Assembly (NCBI RefSeq): GCF_019749955.1
Contig: NZ_JAIEPC010000017.1
Span: forward strand, 383 to 64,382
DNA: 64,000 nt
Reading direction: 5' to 3'
Origin: Sphingomonas sp.
GTDB taxonomy: Bacteria > Pseudomonadota > Alphaproteobacteria > Sphingomonadales > Sphingomonadaceae
Below, one piece after another: positions 44,473 through 53,585 of the stretch; position 1 is the first letter of the stretch; the number at the start of each line of letters is the position of its first letter. The translations under genes were made by a program, and so were the position numbers. The notes beneath the pieces were generated by a model that made no database searches, was not told where the DNA came from, and saw only the letters and a list, made by a program, of their open reading frames with translations.

Positions 44473-46671
44473 TCAAAAAACCGCCTTGAGCGCGACGAGC
44501 GCAGTGCGACCCGCACCGGGGATGACGTGAAAGGGGTGCAGCTGGTCATAATAAAGTGTGTCGGTAACGTTGTTCGCCGTCACCGACACGTCGAGCCAGC
44601 GCGTGACGCGGTAGCGTGCGCTGAGGTCGAGCACGGCATAGCCCGGCGCCACCAGATAAAGTGCCGGTGTGTTCTGCCCGACGCGGTCCGCCGCAGCCGT
44701 GACGTTCATTCCCAGATTGAAACGCGACGTGACATTATAGGCCGTGCTGAAAAAGCCGCTGTGGCGCGGGGTGATCGGCAAGGGCGCGCCGACGATCGGG
44801 CCGCCGGTGCCCGACGCCAAGGTGCGGCTGTCGAGATAGCTATAGCCGAACTTGACGTCCCAGCCCGGCAGCGGCGTCCCCCCGAACTCGATCTCGACGC
44901 CATCGACACGCTGCCGCCCGCCGAGCGCGTTGAATCCCGGTGTTGTCGGATTGGGGACGCGCGCATTGTCCTTTTCGATCCGGAACAGCGACGCGCTCAA
45001 TAAGCCGCGCGCGCCGAAGACCTGCCACTTCGCGCCCCCTTCGACCGAGAAGCTTGTCTCGGGCGGCAGGTTGATATTGGCTTCGGCTACCGATCGCCCG
45101 GCCGAGACGAGCGATTCAATCCCCTCGCCCGACGGATTGAACGAATTGGCGTAGCCGACATAGAGCGTCAGCGACGGCACGGGCTTATAGAGCAAAGCGC
45201 CGCGATAGCTGAACTTGCGGTCGGTCCGGTCGATGTCGGTCGCGCGATCGGTCGCCCCCGATGCCGCGAACCTGGTGCTGACGTAGCGCGTCGAAAAACT
45301 GTCCCAGCGCAGGCCGATGATCGCGCGCCACTGCGGGCCGAGCTCGATCGTGTCGATTGCGAATATCCCGAAGGAAAACGACCGCGTGCGCGCGCGCAAT
45401 CGCACAAAGCTGCTGGTGCCATCGGCGTAGAACGGGTTGGTCGGCGCGACGAGCGTGGTCCCAGGCACATTGGTATTGGTGACATAGACCGGCTCGGCGC
45501 CTTCGCGCGCGGCCTCGAACCCGGTGACCAAAATGTGCTGGGTGCCGCCCAGCTTGAAGGCGGTGCGCAGATCGACCTGGCCCTGGAGGAAGATGTCGCG
45601 GCTGGTGCCCTGAAACAGCGTTCGCGACACACTGATCTGGTCGAGCGGCGTCGTGCGCAGCGTGCCGGCAGGCAGCACCGCCTCGCTATAGCGAAAATCG
45701 CGACTGTTGTTCGAATAGCGGATCTGCGCGCGCAGCGATGTCTGCGCAGTGACATCATGCTCGACCCGGCCCGTGACAATATTGACGTTGGTATTCAGGC
45801 GATCATTGCTGAACCCGTAATAAGTGGTGCGCGCGACCGGCACCGGGACGCCGGGATTGGCCTGTGTGCCGACATACCAGGGAATGCCGTAATCGGGGCG
45901 GTTGCGCTCTTCCTGATGCTGATAGCCGATGAACAGCCGCGTCGCGGTCCCGAGCCCAAAGGCGATCTTGGGTGCCACAGCCCAGCGGCGGGACAGTGCG
46001 CCATCGCGCGCGGCCACGCCCGAGCGATGGACGACGGCATCGAGCCGCACCGCGCTACCGGTCCCGAGCACGCCCGCGACATTGGCGTCGACCGTGAAGC
46101 GCAGCGTGTCGTCGAGCCCGGCCTGGAACAAGGCTTCAACGCGCGTGGTCTGATCGGGCTGGCGCGTCGTCCGCGCGATCAAGCCACCGGTCGCACCTCG
46201 CCCGAACAGGATCGCTGACGGCCCTTTCAGCACATCGATCCGCGCATCGTCGAAGCTGTCGCGGAAGTAATAGCCGTAATCGCGGGCGTTATCGACGAAC
46301 AGATCGTTGCGCGTCGTAAAGCCCCGCAGGATCGCGTTATTGCCCTGAAAACTGGTCTCGCCCGCGCCGAGGCTCAATCCCGCGACATTGCGCAAGGCAT
46401 CGTTGAGATTGGAGACGCCGCGCCGTTCAAGGTCTTCGCGCGAAATCTCGGTGATCGCCTGCGGCTGTTCGGCGATCGGCAGGGTCAACCGGTCAACGGC
46501 GGCTTTCCCGTCGCGCGCGGCGGTGACGGTGACATCGGTCTTCGGTGCCTTGTCCGCTTCGCCAATCTCATGCGCTGCCGCTGCGGCGGGCACGGCCCCC
46601 AGCATCAGCGCGAGGCTGGCCGCCATGTCGCCCGCCGCGAAGCTGCACCGTTTTGCCAATCCGTCCGTCAT
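44473..46671 (-). CDS. TonB-dependent (siderophore-type) outer-membrane receptor
   Basis: The plug domain shows ISREDLERRGVSNLNDALRNVAGL, and the protein ends in a terminal aromatic residue (LKAVF). 732 aa. An alternative ATG lies at 46626. Confidence 0.88.
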   Translation of the reverse strand: MTDGLAKRCSFAAGDMAASLALMLGAVPAAAAAHEIGEADKAPKTDVTVTAARDGKAAVDRLTLPIAEQPQAITEISREDLERRGVSNLNDALRNVAGLSLGAGETSFQGNNAILRGFTTRNDLFVDNARDYGYYFRDSFDDARIDVLKGPSAILFGRGATGGLIARTTRQPDQTTRVEALFQAGLDDTLRFTVDANVAGVLGTGSAVRLDAVVHRSGVAARDGALSRRWAVAPKIAFGLGTATRLFIGYQHQEERNRPDYGIPWYVGTQANPGVPVPVARTTYYGFSNDRLNTNVNIVTGRVEHDVTAQTSLRAQIRYSNNSRDFRYSEAVLPAGTLRTTPLDQISVSRTLFQGTSRDIFLQGQVDLRTAFKLGGTQHILVTGFEAAREGAEPVYVTNTNVPGTTLVAPTNPFYADGTSSFVRLRARTRSFSFGIFAIDTIELGPQWRAIIGLRWDSFSTRYVSTRFAASGATDRATDIDRTDRKFSYRGALLYKPVPSLTLYVGYANSFNPSGEGIESLVSAGRSVAEANINLPPETSFSVEGGAKWQVFGARGLLSASLFRIEKDNARVPNPTTPGFNALGGRQRVDGVEIEFGGTPLPGWDVKFGYSYLDSRTLASGTGGPIVGAPLPITPRHSGFFSTAYNVTSRFNLGMNVTAAADRVGQNTPALYLVAPGYAVLDLSARYRVTRWLDVSVTANNVTDTLYYDQLHPFHVIPGAGRTALVALKAVF

Positions 46672-46696
46672 TGTCAGGCCACCACGCGGTGATGCC

Positions 46697-47218
46697 TCAG
46701 CCGCGCTTGAGCTTGGCGGCGAGCTGGCGATGTTCGGTGCGCACTTCGGTGTCGACGTCGACGCAGAACGCCACCATCGCTGACAGGATCGTGTCGTTAT
46801 ATTTCTCGCCGCTGGTCCGCACGCCGCGTTCAGCGCGCTTCATCTCGGCCAGATTGACCCGCGCGCGCCCCGACAGCGCGGACAGCGTGCCAAGGCTTGC
46901 GGTGGCGCGCGCGCGGGCAGCCACCGGCGCGCCGCGCTTGGCGGCTGCGGCGACGGCGGTGCGGATCGCTTTGATATCGTGGTCGAAGCGATCGATGATG
47001 TCCTTGGACTTCTGAACGATCGCGTTGAGCTTGAGGACGGTCGGTTTGGTGAAGGGCGAGCTGAGCTGATCGATCCCTTGTTCGACGAACTTCTCGCGGA
47101 TTGGCGGCGGCGTGCGGGGGGCCTGACCCGTGGCCGACGGCGCGGCGGTCTGCGCGCCAGCACCCGACAGCGCGGTAAAGCCAAGCAGTACCGATAGAAA
47201 AATGGACTTTAACATCAT
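46697..47218 (-). CDS. hypothetical periplasmic protein (helical)
   Basis: I chose the ATG at 47218. The signal peptide is MMLKSIFLSVLLGFTALSGAGA-Q. About 173 aa. I recognise no motif. Confidence 0.55.
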   Translation of the reverse strand: MMLKSIFLSVLLGFTALSGAGAQTAAPSATGQAPRTPPPIREKFVEQGIDQLSSPFTKPTVLKLNAIVQKSKDIIDRFDHDIKAIRTAVAAAAKRGAPVAARARATASLGTLSALSGRARVNLAEMKRAERGVRTSGEKYNDTILSAMVAFCVDVDTEVRTEHRQLAAKLKRG

Positions 47219-47377
47219 GCTATTCCCCACCGCCAGCGCGCCACTGCGACCGCCAGCTGATATTTGCACCGCCCCAAAGCAGCAGGGCCGCGCTCGGCTT
47301 TCCTTGCGCGACCCTGCCGTGGGAGCGTGCCGCCCGACGACCATGATCGCCGGACGGCACAACCTCATCGAACGCGA

Positions 47378-49006
47378 TTAATCGTCGTCGCGTTCGCCAC
47401 GAACCCGCTGGAACGCGTGGTTCGGGATGTACTGGCCGATGCTGACGCCGATGTTCTGGCCGGCCGTGCTGTCCCAGATCCAGTGCACGCCGTTGTAGAC
47501 GCGGCTCTGGCCATTTTCTTCCTGCGCCTGTTCGAGCGAGCGGAAGCGAACGGGGACGAGCGGACGCGGCGTGCCGAACGGATCGACACCGGCACCGTTA
47601 TATTCATCCGACACGAAGGTGAAACGCGTGTTGTTGGGGATGAAGCCACGGATCGTTTCGAACACCGCCGCGCCAAACGTGGCGTGGCCCGAAACATAGG
47701 CCGGGAACGGCGGCGTCGCGAGGATCGGGGCGGTCGTGTTGATCACCGAGATGCCGACGGGCTTCCAGGCGGCATCGGCCCCCGTCTGCGCATCGCCATC
47801 CTCAGTGCCACGGCGAATGCCGGTCACTGGACGCCAGTAGTTGTAGAAATACTTGCTGTCCCATGCCGCGATACCGGCATCGCCCATCGATGTTGCGACC
47901 ATCGCAAGATAGCGTGAAAGCTCGGCAACACCGGTAACGCCATTGTTCTTGGCGAGCTGGATCGCAATCTGCATGTACAGGCGCGGCGGGGTGCCGAGCA
48001 GCGGCGCGCCGTCATAGCCCCAATAGTTGCCGATGAACTTGGTGGCGGCGGTGGCGGTGCTGCCAGCGGTATCGCTTGAAGCGCCGATTGCCTTCACTTC
48101 GTTCCAGCCAGCGCGATAGGCTGCCGTGCCGGGCATTGGCGGCGGCGGTGCGCGGAACTGGTCACCGCGTGCGAGCACGAACGGTGTCACCGCACCCCAA
48201 TTGGCGCCCAGTGCCAGCCCATTGACGCTCCCCGGGGTTGCGCCCGGCGTCAGCGGATCGGGCGACCAGTTGAACGCCAGACCGTTGCCGTTGTTGACCG
48301 GTTGGCCGAAATAGGTCGTCGTCCCCGAAGCGACCCGGCCACCGGCACCGAACTGGACTTCGCTGACCTGCGAGCCATCGGCGCTGCGACGTGCGAGGAT
48401 CGCGGCAGCGGCTGCCTGACCGACCACCTTGCCGGCGTTGATGCTGGCAGCCGAACCGCCAACCTGGCTCAGATCCGACGACAGCACGACGTCGATACGT
48501 GCCTGCTGGGTCGGGTAGAGCGCGACGAGCACGTCATGCGCGGCATAGCAGATCGCGGCATCGATCGACGCGCCACGCGGCGCGCTGCCAATGTTGTTGT
48601 ACGGGCGGAACTTGCCCTTGAACGCATTGACGGCGTCGAACACGGCAATCTGCGTCATCGTAAAGGCACGCGCGGTGCGCACGGGGCCGCCCTGGCTCAG
48701 CGCAGCGCGACCGCCGCTAGGGGGCGTGTGATCGAGCGCGTTGGCATCGAGCGCGACTTCGGTCCACATCAGCACGCGATCGGCGGTGTCCGAAACACGG
48801 CGCGCATCGCGACGGTTTTCGAGGCGTTCGCGGATGTTCTTGGCAATGGCGGAGGTGCTGAATTCGCCGAGATAGCCAACTTCCTGGTCGCGGCTGAACT
48901 TGCCCTTACCTTCATCATCACCACGCGCAAACGCGGCAGACGGCATCAGCGCAGGCAGCGCCAATGCGGCCGTGGCAAGCACGGCAAGCTTTATCGATTT
49001 GGACAT
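47378..49006 (-). CDS. secreted PAP2-superfamily protein, vanadium-dependent haloperoxidase / acid phosphatase-like
   Basis: All three PAP2 motifs are readable: KYFYNYWRP (KxxxxxxRP, 47828-47854), VSGH (around 47684-47692) and SRVYNGVHWIWD (SRxxxxxHxxxD, 47471-47506). The ATG at 49006 follows AAGAGGAA. The signal peptide is MSKSIKLAVLATAALALPALMPSAAFA. Confidence 0.82.
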   Translation of the reverse strand: MSKSIKLAVLATAALALPALMPSAAFARGDDEGKGKFSRDQEVGYLGEFSTSAIAKNIRERLENRRDARRVSDTADRVLMWTEVALDANALDHTPPSGGRAALSQGGPVRTARAFTMTQIAVFDAVNAFKGKFRPYNNIGSAPRGASIDAAICYAAHDVLVALYPTQQARIDVVLSSDLSQVGGSAASINAGKVVGQAAAAAILARRSADGSQVSEVQFGAGGRVASGTTTYFGQPVNNGNGLAFNWSPDPLTPGATPGSVNGLALGANWGAVTPFVLARGDQFRAPPPPMPGTAAYRAGWNEVKAIGASSDTAGSTATAATKFIGNYWGYDGAPLLGTPPRLYMQIAIQLAKNNGVTGVAELSRYLAMVATSMGDAGIAAWDSKYFYNYWRPVTGIRRGTEDGDAQTGADAAWKPVGISVINTTAPILATPPFPAYVSGHATFGAAVFETIRGFIPNNTRFTFVSDEYNGAGVDPFGTPRPLVPVRFRSLEQAQEENGQSRVYNGVHWIWDSTAGQNIGVSIGQYIPNHAFQRVRGERDDD

Positions 49007-49060
49007 GGGGGTTCCTCTTTCCCAAATGGTTTCGATTGCTTTACGCATACGCAACAACAC

Positions 49061-49425
49061 TCGGGTTCGGCTCGATCAAGATTGTGCTTTATTAAAGACA
49101 AACACGTCTTGATTTGTCTTTTCAATTTAATATTTGAAAAGAATTGCCCCTGCCTAGCCTCCGAGTCGGACTTTAGTTCAAGTTATCTCGAACCGCAACC
49201 ATCCAGAATCGGGACAGATTCTTCAATTTGTCATAAAATTTTATCAACCATAACTATCCCCATATGCCACAATGATTTAACATCAATCATTGTATTAATG
49301 AATATTACGGTATCCCAATCTTTTTCGTCGTAACCATAAGTCGCGCTTGCCAGCGCCCCCCGATATCGCACACTGATGAAAGTGGGCGGGGCAGCAACGA
49401 GCTAGCGGGGGAATTTGGAGAGGCT
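49061..49425. promoter_or_regulatory. AT-rich divergent promoter/operator region with several perfect palindromes
   Basis: I counted 84 G+C in the 240 nt at 49081-49320 (35 percent), against GC-rich flanks. Palindromes are AAAGACAAA-N10-TTTGTCTTT (49094-49121), TTCAA-N8-TTGAA (49121-49138) and CAATGATT-N7-AATCATTG (49270-49292). Confidence 0.7.
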
Positions 49426-51150
49426 ATGGAGGTGCAGACCGCGCATTTTCCGACTCTTCCGGGCCGCACGACGGGGCATCACCCCACGGTCGGCGACGGC
49501 TCGATTCCCGCGCTTGTCCAATGCCAAAAACTTATCACTGCCGAAGCCTTTGCGCGCGCGACCGCTGTCGCGGCGGAAACTGGCGAGCCGTTCCAGACCG
49601 TGCTCAATCGACTGGGGCTGGTCTCCGAACGGGCGCTTGCTGAGGCGATCGCGTCAGCGACCGGGCTGCCACAGCTTGCGGCAGAGGCGCTGCCCGCCGC
49701 GCCGGTCGCAGGTGCCAGCCCGAGCACGGCATTCTTGCGAGACGCACGCGTGCTGCCGATCGCGGCCGACGCGGGATGGCTGCATGTGGCGATGGCCGAT
49801 CCGTTTGACGATTTTGCGGCCGAAGCGCTCGGTTTCCTTTACGGCCTTCCTGTTGCGCGGGTCGTCGCGCTGCCGAGCGATATCGATGCGGCGATCGACC
49901 GGCTTTACCGCGAGACGCCGGTCGATGCGACCGATGGCGACACCGCCGCCGATGAAGATGACCTCGAACGCTTGCGCGATCTCGTCAGCGATGCGCCGGT
50001 CATCCGCGCCGTCAACCGCCTGATTGCCGACGCGGTCGATCTGCGCGCGTCGGACATTCATGTCGAGCCCGCCGACGACCGCGTGGTGATCCGCTTCCGC
50101 ATCGATGGCGTGTTGGTGTTGCAGCCGCCCTTGCCGCCGTCGATGCGATCGGCGCTGGTGTCGCGGATCAAGGTGATGGCGGGGCTCAACATCGCCGAGC
50201 GACGCTTGCCGCAGGACGGCCGCATGCGGCTCGCCGTGCGCGGGAATGAGATTGATCTGCGCGTGGCGACGGCGCCGTCGATCCACGGCGAAACGGTGGT
50301 GCTGCGCATTCTCGACCGCGCCAATCTCGCGCTCGATTTCGCCAGCCTTGGCTTCAGCAACGACCTTGCCGACCGGCTGCGCGCCGCGCTCGCCAAACCC
50401 TATGGCATCGTGCTCGTCACGGGCCCGACCGGCAGCGGCAAGACGACGACACTTTATGCCGCGCTGTCCGAACTCAATTCGGGCACGCGCAAGATCCTGA
50501 CGATCGAGGATCCGATCGAATATCGGCTGGCGGGCATAGTCCAGATGCAGGTCAATAATGCGATCGACCTGACCTTTGCGACCGCGCTGCGCTCCTTTTT
50601 GCGGCAGGACCCCGATGTGATGATGGTCGGCGAAATCCGCGACCTCGATACCGCGCAAATCGCGGTACAAGCGGCGCTGACCGGCCACACCATCCTGTCG
50701 ACGCTGCACACCAATACGGCGGTCGGCGCGATTGCGCGGCTGATCGACATGCAGGTCGAGCCGTTCCTGCTCAGCTCGACGCTCAACGCCATTTTGGCGC
50801 AGCGGCTGGTGCGGCGGCTGTGCCCGACCTGCCGCCAGCCCTATCAGCCGAGCAAGGCGCAGCTTGGCGCGCTTGGGCTGGACGGGACGACATCCGGCCC
50901 CTTCTTCAAGGCGGTCGGATGCGACACCTGCCGTCACACCGGCTTCGACAAGCGGATCGCGCTGATCGAGTTGCTCACGATCGATGACGAGGTTGCCGGG
51001 CGGGTGCTCGAACGCGCCGACGCGCGCACCATTGCCAAGGCGGCGCGCAAGAGCGGCGCGCTGACGACGATGCTCGCCGATGGCATCACCAAGCTGCAGA
51101 CCGGCACCACGACCTTCGAAGAAGTATTGCGGGTTGCGGCGGAAAGCTGA
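49426..51150 (+). CDS. gspE: type II secretion ATPase GspE
   Basis: N-terminal T2SSE_N/MshEN-like domain, Walker A GPTGSGKTT, Walker B DVMMVGEIRD, and tetracysteine CPTC...CDTC. Confidence 0.92.
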   Translation: MEVQTAHFPTLPGRTTGHHPTVGDGSIPALVQCQKLITAEAFARATAVAAETGEPFQTVLNRLGLVSERALAEAIASATGLPQLAAEALPAAPVAGASPSTAFLRDARVLPIAADAGWLHVAMADPFDDFAAEALGFLYGLPVARVVALPSDIDAAIDRLYRETPVDATDGDTAADEDDLERLRDLVSDAPVIRAVNRLIADAVDLRASDIHVEPADDRVVIRFRIDGVLVLQPPLPPSMRSALVSRIKVMAGLNIAERRLPQDGRMRLAVRGNEIDLRVATAPSIHGETVVLRILDRANLALDFASLGFSNDLADRLRAALAKPYGIVLVTGPTGSGKTTTLYAALSELNSGTRKILTIEDPIEYRLAGIVQMQVNNAIDLTFATALRSFLRQDPDVMMVGEIRDLDTAQIAVQAALTGHTILSTLHTNTAVGAIARLIDMQVEPFLLSSTLNAILAQRLVRRLCPTCRQPYQPSKAQLGALGLDGTTSGPFFKAVGCDTCRHTGFDKRIALIELLTIDDEVAGRVLERADARTIAKAARKSGALTTMLADGITKLQTGTTTFEEVLRVAAES

Positions 51151-51152
51151 GC

Positions 51153-52370
51153 ATGGCGAACTTTGCTTATCAGGCGATCGCCCCCAATGGCCGCCAGACC
51201 CGCGGCGAGATCGACGCGCCGACCCGCGCCCACGCCGTCGCGCAGATCAGGCGGCTGGGCGTGATGCCGGTCGATGTCACCGAACGGCCCTCAAGCGCAG
51301 TGGCGGTCACCACCCAGCGCCAGCGGATCAGCGGCAAGGCGCGCATGGCGGTGACGAAGACCTTCGGCGAACTCGCGACCTTGCTCGGGGCTGGGCTCCA
51401 GCTCGACCGCGCGGTGGCGCTGACGATCGAGAATATCGGCCATGCCGGGGTGCGTGCCGAATTCGTCCGGCTGCTCGCCGCGATCAAGCAGGGCCAACCG
51501 CTGTCGAGCGCGATGGCCGACGCCCCCGCACTATTCCCGCCGATGGCGCAGGCGATGGCCGAAGCGGGCGAAGCCAATGGCGCGCTCGGCCCCGCGCTCG
51601 GACGGCTCGCCGGCGCAATGCAACAGGCCGATGATCTGCGCGCGCTGATCACCACCGCGATGATCTATCCGGTCATCCTGATTGTCATCGCGGTGTCAGT
51701 GATCCTGATGATGCTGTTGTTCGTCGTGCCGCAATTTGATGCGCTGTTTGTGGGCGCGGGGACAGCCTTGCCGCCCGAATCGCGCTTCGTGCTCGATCTG
51801 AGCCGGGGCTTGCGCGCACAGGGGTGGTTGATCCTGGGCGGCGCAATTGGCGCGGGCGCGATCATTTGGGCGAGTTTCCAGCAACGCGCCGCGCGCGCAT
51901 GGCGCGACCGGATCGTGCTGCGGCTGCCGCAACTCGGCACGCTCGTCCAGCATATCGAGACCGCGCGCTTCGCCCGCACGCTGGGCGCGTTGGTTGATGG
52001 CGGCGTGACGCTGCCGTCGGCCTTGGCCGTCGCCCAGCGAACGATCACCAACAGCGTGATGGCGCGCGCGGTCAGCGATGTCGCCAGCAGCGTCAAGCAA
52101 GGCGGTGGCCTGACCACGCCGCTCGCCGAGACCGGGGTCTTCCCGCGCATTGCGCTCGGTTTCCTGCGCACCGGTGAGGAAATTTCGCAGCTCGCGCTAA
52201 TGCTCGACCGGTTAAGCGATGTGCTCGACCGCGATGTCAAAATCCGGCTTCAGCGCATCATCGGCGTGGTGACGCCGCTGATCACGATCATCCTCGGCGC
52301 GGCAGTCGCGGCGATCATTGCGGCAATCATGTCGGCAATTCTCGGCTTCAACGATGTGGCGGTATCCTGA
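51153..52370 (+). CDS. gspF: type II secretion inner-membrane platform protein GspF
   Basis: 405 aa with two T2SSF-type repeats and 3 TM segments. It starts 2 nt after gspE. Confidence 0.9.
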   Translation: MANFAYQAIAPNGRQTRGEIDAPTRAHAVAQIRRLGVMPVDVTERPSSAVAVTTQRQRISGKARMAVTKTFGELATLLGAGLQLDRAVALTIENIGHAGVRAEFVRLLAAIKQGQPLSSAMADAPALFPPMAQAMAEAGEANGALGPALGRLAGAMQQADDLRALITTAMIYPVILIVIAVSVILMMLLFVVPQFDALFVGAGTALPPESRFVLDLSRGLRAQGWLILGGAIGAGAIIWASFQQRAARAWRDRIVLRLPQLGTLVQHIETARFARTLGALVDGGVTLPSALAVAQRTITNSVMARAVSDVASSVKQGGGLTTPLAETGVFPRIALGFLRTGEEISQLALMLDRLSDVLDRDVKIRLQRIIGVVTPLITIILGAAVAAIIAAIMSAILGFNDVAVS

Positions 52371-52373
52371 ACC

Positions 52374-52802
52374 ATGACCAAACGTCCCCGCACCCACGGC
52401 AGCGCCGGATTCACGCTTCTCGAATTGCTGGTCGTGCTGGCGATTCTTGGCTTGCTCGCCGCGATCGTCGGCCCGCGCGTGATCAAATATCTGGGCACGT
52501 CGAAAACCCAGACCGCGCGGGTGCAGGCGAAGAATATCGCGGGCTCGCTCGAACTGTTTCGGCTCGACGCCAACCGCTTTCCAACCGCGCAGGAAGGGCT
52601 GGTCGCGCTGATCAAGCCGCCCGCCGATGTGCCGGTGTGGAACGGCCCCTATCTGCCCGACACCAGCGCGATCACCGACCCGTGGGGCAATCCCTATCGC
52701 TTCAAGACGCCCGGCGACCACGGCGAAGTCGATGTCTTTTCCTATGGTTCGGACAATGCACCCGGCGGGACCGGCGAGGCCAAAGATGTCGGCAATTGGT
52801 AA
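52374..52802 (+). CDS. gspG: major pseudopilin GspG
   Basis: The prepilin leader and cleavage motif is G-FTLLELLVVLAILGLLAAIV, with a conserved GspG core (WGNPY, SYGSDN). Confidence 0.92.
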   Translation: MTKRPRTHGSAGFTLLELLVVLAILGLLAAIVGPRVIKYLGTSKTQTARVQAKNIAGSLELFRLDANRFPTAQEGLVALIKPPADVPVWNGPYLPDTSAITDPWGNPYRFKTPGDHGEVDVFSYGSDNAPGGTGEAKDVGNW

Positions 52803-53217
52803 ACCGCACCAGCACGGCTTCACGCTGATCGAAGCGCTGGTGGTCGTCGCTATCGCCGGCTTGATCGCGGGGCTGGCTTTTCCGCGCATCGACCGTGCGA
52901 TCCACCGCCAGCATTTTCGCACCAACGAAGCGGCCCTGGTGCAGGGCATCCGCCTCGCACGCGCCACCGCGATCCGCACCAGCACCACGACGCGTTTCTC
53001 GCTGCTTGGCACCGGCGATCAATTTGCCGTCGACAATGTCGCGCAGCCGCCGCTTGCCAAGGGATTGCGCATTGCCGCGATCGACCGGCCGTCGCTGCGC
53101 TTCTTCGCCGACGGATCGTCGGACGGCGGCCGTTTCACGCTGATCGATCGGGGCTTGCGGGCCGACATCACGGTCTATCCGTCGACCGGCGTCGTCAGCT
53201 TGGCCGCGCCGCAATGA
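52786..53217 (+). CDS. gspH: minor pseudopilin GspH
   Basis: The ATG at 52786 lies in the track ORF frame. The leader is MSAIGKPHQHG-FTLIEALVVVAIAGLI. It overlaps gspG by 17 nt. Confidence 0.8.
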   Translation: MSAIGKPHQHGFTLIEALVVVAIAGLIAGLAFPRIDRAIHRQHFRTNEAALVQGIRLARATAIRTSTTTRFSLLGTGDQFAVDNVAQPPLAKGLRIAAIDRPSLRFFADGSSDGGRFTLIDRGLRADITVYPSTGVVSLAAPQ

Positions 53218-53585
53218 CACGCAGCAACGCCACCCGGGGCTTTTCGCTGGTCGAGACGCTGATCGCGCTGGCGATCATCGCCGCTGCGCTGGCGGCGACG
53301 CTGCAAGTGGTGGTGTCGCAGGCGCGGGCGACGCGCACCGTCGATGACCGCCGGATCGCGATGCTGGTGGCGCAATCGCAGCTGGCCGCCATTGCCGCCG
53401 CCGCCGACACCGGCCAGTTCGAAACGCGCGGGCGCACCAGCGGCGTCGACTGGCGGGTCCAGATCGCCCCCTATCCGACGCAATTTGCGCGCCCGAAGAT
53501 CGAATCGATCACCGTGTCGGCGGGCAAAGGTCCGAATGGCAAGCCGCTGGCGGTGCTGCATAGTCTCAGGCTGGCGCGACCGTGA
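53214..53585 (+). CDS. gspI: minor pseudopilin GspI
   Basis: The leader is RG-FSLVETLIALAIIAAAL. 123 aa, with an ATGA overlap. Confidence 0.82.
   Translation: MTRSNATRGFSLVETLIALAIIAAALAATLQVVVSQARATRTVDDRRIAMLVAQSQLAAIAAAADTGQFETRGRTSGVDWRVQIAPYPTQFARPKIESITVSAGKGPNGKPLAVLHSLRLARP

Noticed and set aside
49270-49292. The palindrome CAATGATT-N7-AATCATTG read as a canonical Fur box.
   Set aside because: The half-sites resemble Fur hexamers, but the 7-N7-7 spacing does not fit the 19-bp 9-1-9 (or 6-6-6) Fur consensus. It is kept only as a generic operator candidate in the finding for the AT-rich region.
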